From an uncultured Fibrobacterales bacterium (GTDB lineage Bacteria; Fibrobacterota; Fibrobacteria; Fibrobacterales; CAWVXU01), in assembly GCA_963934255.1 (NCBI GenBank), contig CAWVXU010000022.1:1-32957 (forward strand): a stretch of DNA of 32,957 nt, written 5' to 3'. Below are positions 27,900 through 32,957 of this stretch, one piece after another. The notes beneath the pieces are model-generated. The model was not told the origin of the DNA. It did not search any database and saw only the letters and a program-made list of their open reading frames with translations. Every line of letters begins with the position of its first letter. Position 1 is the stretch's first letter. The position numbers were made by a program, and so were the translations under genes.

Positions 27900-30531
27900 A
27901 GCTCCCTTGGTAGGGAAATATTTCGCTTGGCTCCAACAGGGTAATCCTGTGGGGCTAGTGGAAAAATACCCTGTACTCTCCAGTACAGGCGAGACGACCT
28001 TAAAAGGGGTTTATGTAGCTGGAGACCTGACTGGTATCCCACTGTTAAAGTTAGCTGTAGACTCAGGGGCAAAGAGGATTCGTGAATGGGTTGGTGACCC
28101 CCTATTTAAAGTGTTACCTCAATCAACCTATAATGATTCAAATTTATTTGATGTAGTGATTGTAGGGGCCGGGCCTTCTGGTCTGGCCGCAGCACTTGAA
28201 TGTGAAAAAAACTCCCTAAATTATATCGTCATTGAAAGTCATCAGATCTTTAATACGATTGAAAATTTCCCAAAAGCCAAGCCAATATTAACTCACCCTA
28301 GTCAGCTTGATGTCAATAGTGAAATTCCACTACACGACGGAGTCAAAGAGGATTTACTTCAAGAGTGGCGTCATTTTTTTGAACAACATCCCCTCAAAAT
28401 AAAAACGGGTGTGAAAATAAATAAAATGAAGGCGATTGTGGACTCATCACTAGGTCGCTTAATAGAGCTTGATACTGGAATAGAAACATTTAAAGCAAGT
28501 AGAGTCCTATTAGCCATAGGCAAAAGTGGGAATTCTCGAAAATTAGGCTGCCTTGGTGAAAACCTTCCCAAAGTATTAAATCGTTTGTTTGATCCTGCAG
28601 TTTATGAGGGTCAAAATGTGGCTGTCATAGGTGGCGGCGATAGTGCTATAGAGGGGGTGATAGCCTTGGCACAAGCAGGTGCTCTTGTCACTCATTCTTA
28701 TCGTAAAGATGAATTTGCTCGACCTAAAGAAGAAAACTTAAATATTTGGAAAAAGCTGGTCGCTGAAGACAAAATAAAACCTTTACTTGGGAGTCAGCCT
28801 ACAGAAGTGAGTGAATCTAAGATTCATTTTAAAATGAATAAAAATATGCTCGTCAATGGGAAAGAAACGGATCAAATATCTGTTGAAAATGAGGTCGTAT
28901 TTTCAATGATTGGTCGTGAATTACCTGTACAGTTTTTTAAAAACTCCCAAATTCAAATGGAAGGTGAGAAGCGGTTCTCTTGGTGGGTTCACCTTGTGAG
29001 TATGCTTAGTTTCTTCACAATGCTCTATTTTGGTAAAAAAGGTGTGGGTGTTGATTTGTGGGATGGAAAGCTCACCGGTTTGGCGGGTCTTTTCCAAAAC
29101 CTTAAATCAATTTTAACCTTTCCTGCGAAGATATTTGGGCAAAACTCTAGTGTGAATTTTGAACAATCTTTAGCAATTATTGGGTGGCTTGGCCTCATAG
29201 TATTTGGTATTAGCGGGACAATGTCTCTAGTGAATATGGTCAAACTTCGCTCCAAATATTTTAATAGTGAAAATGGTCTGTTTGAAAAAGCCTGGCTTCT
29301 CGAGTTAGGGTCATTAATTGGGCTGAGTATGTGGATTTTCTTGGGGAATACTCAAAAGATTCATTGGGCAAATCAAGGTGTTGCTCAGGTCGGAATGTGG
29401 TTGACTATTGTCTCAATTATTGGGTTTGTGGTTGTGGTGGTTAAAAACCCTGCACAAGTCTTTGAGAAAATGTGGAACCGGATTAAATACACTTACCTTA
29501 TCTGGTCAGCTTTGTTTTTTACTGGGCTTTATGGAGTAGAGTTTTTAGCTCAAAACACATCATGGTCTGAGCCTTCTACCTATTGGTACAGCTTCTTGTA
29601 TTGCACCACGATGATGCTTTTTGGCGCTCGTCGAGCTCATGTGAAGCCTACCAAATATATTCGATTTCAGATGTTAACTGTCAACCTTGTTCAAGTTATT
29701 TTCCTTTTCCTATTACCATTTCACATATATGATTGGGTCCTCAAGGGGTTTGAGGGAACTGCGTTTATGAATCAAGTTTTTCCTCAAGGAAAATGGACTT
29801 CATTTGGTTTTATCCTTTTGTGGCCTTTAAATATGGGACAATTTGGTGCTTCCACTTTCTGGAGTATATTTCCATTTATTCAAACATTTGGTATCCTCTG
29901 GTATATCGTTCATCGTTTCGGTAAGGGGGGGTATTGTGGTTGGATCTGTAGTTGTGGTGGTATGGCTGAAAGTTTAGGCGATGAGTATCGTAGTCTTGCT
30001 CCGCATGGACCCACAGCCAAGAAATGGGAAAACCTCGGTCAATTTGTTCTACTTGTAGCGATGATTTTAAGTGTCTTTAAATTAATGCCTATCACGCATG
30101 GTTCAGATATGTATTTGATCCTAGATAGAGCATATAGTGTGATTGTGGATGTATTCTTTGCCGGAGTTTTAGGCTTGGGAGTCTATTTCTTTATGGGTGG
30201 GCGTATTTGGTGTCGATTTGGGTGTCCACTTGCAGCATTGATGCATATTCAGACTAGATTTAGTCGATACAGAATTGTAGCTGATAAGAAGGCCTGCATC
30301 AGTTGTAACATCTGCACTAAAGTTTGTCATATGGGTATTGATGTGATGAACTTTGCTAACAAAGGTATCCCTATGAATGATGCGGAATGTGTTCGCTGTA
30401 GTTCATGTGTGGAAAGTTGTCCGATGGATGTACTTGCCTTTGACGAACTAGAAACATTTGATCCAGAGAATACAACGAGGAAATCTAAGCCGACTCAACC
30501 TAAAGAGTGGTGGGGGAGTGGGGTTAAGTGA
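27886..30531 (+). CDS. Fusion of a thioredoxin-reductase-like FAD/NAD(P)H domain, a multi-TM NapH/YccM-like membrane domain and a 2x[4Fe-4S] ferredoxin
   Basis: VIVGAGPSG (FAD), VLLAIG, VIGGGDSA...SYRK (NADPH-type), many TM helices, CGWICSCG and CRFGCP (CxxxC motifs), CISCNICTKVC and CVRCSSCVESCP. Confidence 0.85.
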   Translation: MDLYKAPLVGKYFAWLQQGNPVGLVEKYPVLSSTGETTLKGVYVAGDLTGIPLLKLAVDSGAKRIREWVGDPLFKVLPQSTYNDSNLFDVVIVGAGPSGLAAALECEKNSLNYIVIESHQIFNTIENFPKAKPILTHPSQLDVNSEIPLHDGVKEDLLQEWRHFFEQHPLKIKTGVKINKMKAIVDSSLGRLIELDTGIETFKASRVLLAIGKSGNSRKLGCLGENLPKVLNRLFDPAVYEGQNVAVIGGGDSAIEGVIALAQAGALVTHSYRKDEFARPKEENLNIWKKLVAEDKIKPLLGSQPTEVSESKIHFKMNKNMLVNGKETDQISVENEVVFSMIGRELPVQFFKNSQIQMEGEKRFSWWVHLVSMLSFFTMLYFGKKGVGVDLWDGKLTGLAGLFQNLKSILTFPAKIFGQNSSVNFEQSLAIIGWLGLIVFGISGTMSLVNMVKLRSKYFNSENGLFEKAWLLELGSLIGLSMWIFLGNTQKIHWANQGVAQVGMWLTIVSIIGFVVVVVKNPAQVFEKMWNRIKYTYLIWSALFFTGLYGVEFLAQNTSWSEPSTYWYSFLYCTTMMLFGARRAHVKPTKYIRFQMLTVNLVQVIFLFLLPFHIYDWVLKGFEGTAFMNQVFPQGKWTSFGFILLWPLNMGQFGASTFWSIFPFIQTFGILWYIVHRFGKGGYCGWICSCGGMAESLGDEYRSLAPHGPTAKKWENLGQFVLLVAMILSVFKLMPITHGSDMYLILDRAYSVIVDVFFAGVLGLGVYFFMGGRIWCRFGCPLAALMHIQTRFSRYRIVADKKACISCNICTKVCHMGIDVMNFANKGIPMNDAECVRCSSCVESCPMDVLAFDELETFDPENTTRKSKPTQPKEWWGSGVK

Positions 30532-30571
30532 CTGTCTTTTTTGATATAAAGCTCGAGTAGGATAAATTAAT

Positions 30572-31165
30572 TTAGGAGCAAATTGCGTCTTGAGTCCAAA
30601 ACCATCCTTCAGCAGGTGTTTCCCAAGGACCAGGAGTGTTTTTAGCTTCCCACAATTTTCCTTCAAAGGTATACTTGGACCCTGTTGCTGCGGTTGTAGA
30701 GCCAGCACTGAATGCTGTAAATCCGTCACAAGGATTGGCGGTTGCAACAGAGCTTGAAGATGAAACCTTTGCTACTGATGAAACCTCGGCTACTGATGAA
30801 ACCTCTACTAATGATGAAACTTCGGCAACAGATGAAATTTTTACTTCAGACGATGTAGATATAACTGAAGAAATTTCTGCTACTGAAGAAACCTCTCCAC
30901 TGGACGATACTTCTTCGACTGACGAAAGCGCTCTGCCTGAAGAGACGGTAGTCACTGATGAGATTGAAGCTACAGAAGATATTTCTTCGACTGAAGAAAG
31001 TCCAGCCCCTGCATAGGGTTGATCTTCGCGAAGGTCTTCCATGCCTATGTCTTCTAGTTCAATTTTAATTTTATCAGGTTCAAGTACAGTGCCATCCGAA
31101 CAAGCCATTAAAACGACGACAGATAATACCGAAAAACCCAAAAGTGTCGTATAGATATGCTTCAT
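30572..31165 (-). CDS. Ser-rich lipoprotein with a C-terminal CBM5/12-like module (paralog 1)
   Basis: Lipobox LMAC, 14 x 6-aa xxxxSS linker and a Cys-bounded aromatic tip NPCDG...YTFEGKLWEAK...P...WFW...C. Confidence 0.8.
   Translation of the reverse strand: MKHIYTTLLGFSVLSVVVLMACSDGTVLEPDKIKIELEDIGMEDLREDQPYAGAGLSSVEEISSVASISSVTTVSSGRALSSVEEVSSSGEVSSVAEISSVISTSSEVKISSVAEVSSLVEVSSVAEVSSVAKVSSSSSVATANPCDGFTAFSAGSTTAATGSKYTFEGKLWEAKNTPGPWETPAEGWFWTQDAICS
30759..31010 (-). repeat. Degenerate 18-bp coding tandem repeat (14 units, e.g. VAEVSS)
   Basis: Plus-strand units GATGAAACCTTTGCTACT, GATGAAACCTCGGCTACT, GATGAAACCTCTACTAAT, GATGAAACTTCGGCAACA and further ones in strict 18-nt register. Confidence 0.85.
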
Positions 31166-31315
31166 AGATGAGTCCTAAGGAATTAGTTCTAGTGTTAATT
31201 TACTTAAAAATAAGCATTAGGGCTAAAAGCGATTTAAATGTGTTCAAATTATGTACACAAATTGTGGTCAAATTCATGGTGTTTCAATTGAGAAAACTAT
31301 TTCCTCGCGGTATTG

Positions 31316-31831
31316 TTAGCAAACCTTTAAAACCCATAACAGTCCCTCTACAGGTTCCTCACTTGAAGGAGAGTCGCCTATGAAAATCCATGCTTTTCCA
31401 CCAAAAGTGTAATCGTCACCAAAATTTGGAACAGTGGTGTCTACCTCAAATACCGGGTATTGTGTGCATGGATTAATAATCGCACTAGATGAAGAGTCTT
31501 CAATTCTCGAAGAGATTTCAACATTAGAAGAGCCGGTTCCAATTTCAGATGATGAGACTTCAATGCCAGATGAGTAGGAATCAACTTCAGATGAAGCAGC
31601 TTTGCCATCGCTTGATAATTCTTTACTGGATGACCCTTCAAACTCAGAGGAATTATCTTCAATTGAGGAGCGGGTTGAGTTATTTAAGGCTTTATCCCTG
31701 CGAAGGCTATCAACTCCTAATTTGTCCAGTTTAGCTTCTATAGCAACAGGATCAAGGATGTCTCCATCTGAACATGATGTAAAAGCTGTAATTATAGAGA
31801 AAGAAATTAGAATGAAGATATTGTTTTTCAT
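31316..31831 (-). CDS. Ser-rich lipoprotein with a C-terminal CBM5/12-like module (paralog 2)
   Basis: Lipobox FTSC, SS-periodic linker and tip NPCTQ...GDDYTFGGKAW...EEPVEGLLW...C. ATG at 31831. Confidence 0.78.
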   Translation of the reverse strand: MKNNIFILISFSIITAFTSCSDGDILDPVAIEAKLDKLGVDSLRRDKALNNSTRSSIEDNSSEFEGSSSKELSSDGKAASSEVDSYSSGIEVSSSEIGTGSSNVEISSRIEDSSSSAIINPCTQYPVFEVDTTVPNFGDDYTFGGKAWIFIGDSPSSEEPVEGLLWVLKVC

Positions 31832-31932
31832 AGACACATCATGTGGAAATAGCTTTTGATAAATTTACTATAAATTGAGTGTTAAAGCTGTAGTCAAGAG
31901 ATTTAGATTGCAATTGTCTTGCTAATCCAATT

Positions 31933-31964
31933 AAAAAAAAGCTACCCAATCAATTAGGTAGCTT
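31933..31964 (-). terminator. Intrinsic terminator after lipoprotein paralog 3
   Basis: Minus strand reads AAGCTACCTAATTGATTGGGTAGCTTTTTTTT: a stem-loop followed by a U-tract. Confidence 0.8.
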
Positions 31965-31985
31965 CAAAGTTAGATGAAAAGATTA

Positions 31986-32552
31986 CTAATTACAAACAAC
32001 TGTAAAGGCGTATGTAATTGGGGTGTGTCCATTCGGTACATTACAGAATCCAGCACATGAATATTTGACGCCTTGGTATAGAACAACATCAGTTGTTTTA
32101 TACTTGCCAGCAACAAAAGGGATAGGATTTTCACAAGTACCAGTGAGAACTGCTGCGCTTGATGAAGAAGGGGCGACTGAGCTCACCGCTACTGAACTAA
32201 CAGCCACTGAGCTGACAGCCACTGAGCTGACAGCTACTGAACTTGCAGCAACAGAGGAAGTTGCGCTTGTGCCGCCATCAGAAGATACTGTAACATTATC
32301 CGAAGATACTGTAACATCTTCCGAAGATATTGTGTCATCATCTGAAGAAGTTACTTCCTCTGACGAGATTTCTTCTACAGAAGAAGGAGTAACGCCCACA
32401 AGAACTTTATCCTCGCGAAGGATATCAATAGGAGTGCCGGCAATATCATCTGATACAAAATTAGGGTCAAGTAACTCCCCTTCTGAGCATGCAGAAAGTG
32501 ACAAGATTGCAAATGCTGAAATTCCAAAAAGAATTGATGATGTTTTTTTCAT
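31986..32552 (-). CDS. Ser-rich lipoprotein with a C-terminal CBM5/12-like module (paralog 3)
   Basis: Lipobox LSAC, SSVAV repeats and tip C...YKTTDVVLYQGVKYSCAGFC...P...C. Confidence 0.78.
   Translation of the reverse strand: MKKTSSILFGISAFAILSLSACSEGELLDPNFVSDDIAGTPIDILREDKVLVGVTPSSVEEISSEEVTSSDDDTISSEDVTVSSDNVTVSSDGGTSATSSVAASSVAVSSVAVSSVAVSSVAVSSVAPSSSSAAVLTGTCENPIPFVAGKYKTTDVVLYQGVKYSCAGFCNVPNGHTPITYAFTVVCN
32173..32343 (-). repeat. Coding tandem repeats: 15 bp x ~6 (SSVAV, 32173-32262) and 21 bp x 3 (xxVTVSS-like, 32281-32343)
   Basis: GCCACTGAGCTGACA occurs twice exactly plus variants. The 21-bp units are GAAGATACTGTAACATTATCC, GAAGATACTGTAACATCTTCC and GAAGATATTGTGTCATCATCT. Confidence 0.85.
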
Positions 32553-32759
32553 AAATTGACCCTTATATATCAGTTCAACGCCTAATTTAATTAAAAAGTT
32601 GGTCCAGAGCTAATAAATGGATTAAAAACGTTCAAAAAGTGTGTATAAATGAAGATTACCTACCCCTATTTCTGAGTATTTGAATCATTTTTACTTGATC
32701 TATAAGCTATTTTTGGTTTCTTAATCCTAACAGTCTGAATTTAGTTTTTTGTGCTTGAT

Positions 32760-32779
32760 TGTGAACACAATGTGAACAC
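32760..32779. promoter_or_regulatory. Candidate transcription-factor site: TGTGAACAC direct repeat with 11-bp period
   Basis: TGTGAACAC-aa-TGTGAACAC in the divergent intergenic region. Confidence 0.45.
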
Positions 32780-32871
32780 TTATCTTGCTGTTGTAAATAT
32801 TTATTAACCTTGTAAATAAAGAATGAATTAAGTTTGTTCTTGCGAAAAAAGTTGTTTCCAAGGGAAATCAC

Positions 32872-32957
32872 ATGAAGTCCATTCAAAATTTAATTTTATC
32901 TAGTTTTTTGTTCTTACTAGTGGGTGTAGGTCAAATATTTGGTCATGCGGCTGATCC
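32872..32957 (+). CDS. 5' fragment of a secreted protein that runs off the window
   Basis: AAGGGA RBS-like sequence, then ATG. MKSIQNLILSSFLFLLVGVGQIFGHAAD... is signal-peptide-like and has no stop before the edge. Confidence 0.6.
   Translation, partial: MKSIQNLILSSFLFLLVGVGQIFGHAAD

Noticed and set aside
30636..31016. 126-aa plus-strand Glu/Thr-rich ORF
   Set aside because: Antisense mirror of the Ser-rich repeats. The minus strand has the lipobox and the conserved family motif.
31168..31383. 71-aa plus-strand ORF between lipoprotein paralogs
   Set aside because: It spans the presumed promoter of paralog 1, overlaps paralog 2 antisense and has no recognisable features.
32173..32343. Short repeats considered as a CRISPR array
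   Set aside because: The repeats are contiguous, in-frame and degenerate, with no spacers and no cas genes.
32023..32559. 178-aa plus-strand ORF with TATEL repeats
   Set aside because: Antisense mirror of the SSVAV repeats of paralog 3. Low-complexity repeats keep the opposite frame open.

Overview
AT-rich bacterial chromosomal window, mostly housekeeping, with accessory cell-surface genes at both ends. From left to right: (1) the 3' part of a giant repeat-containing secreted protein, open at the window edge, with a near-identical 381-nt repeat and a sorting-domain-like C-terminus; (2) comF-like gene and tRNA-Pro(GGG); (3) the sucA-sucB-lpdA 2-oxoglutarate dehydrogenase operon on the minus strand; (4) a DUF4399-like lipoprotein, a short asparaginase-domain protein, tRNA-Gly(GCC), ligA and an orphan hybrid histidine kinase; (5) a complete SAM-independent arginine-to-spermidine pathway in two convergent blocks, speA-CASDH-nspC >< aguA-aguB, the second block preceded by a PHP-family hydrolase and a GGQ release-factor-like gene; (6) a lipoprotein, a NUDIX hydrolase, gdhA and an 881-aa flavoprotein/membrane/Fe-S fusion whose flavoprotein motifs look circularly permuted; (7) three tandem paralogous lipoproteins with a conserved N-terminus, periodic Ser-Ser stalks and divergent CBM5/12-like tips; (8) the start of a divergent secreted protein. 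I saw no CRISPR array, transposase, integrase or rRNA. Ser-rich lipoproteins and the C-terminal domain hint at Fibrobacterota or another FCB-group organism, which is inference only. All product calls come from motifs recognised by eye, not database searches. The best candidates for undescribed biology are the variable-tip lipoprotein array, the permuted flavoprotein-membrane fusion and the expanding repeat protein.
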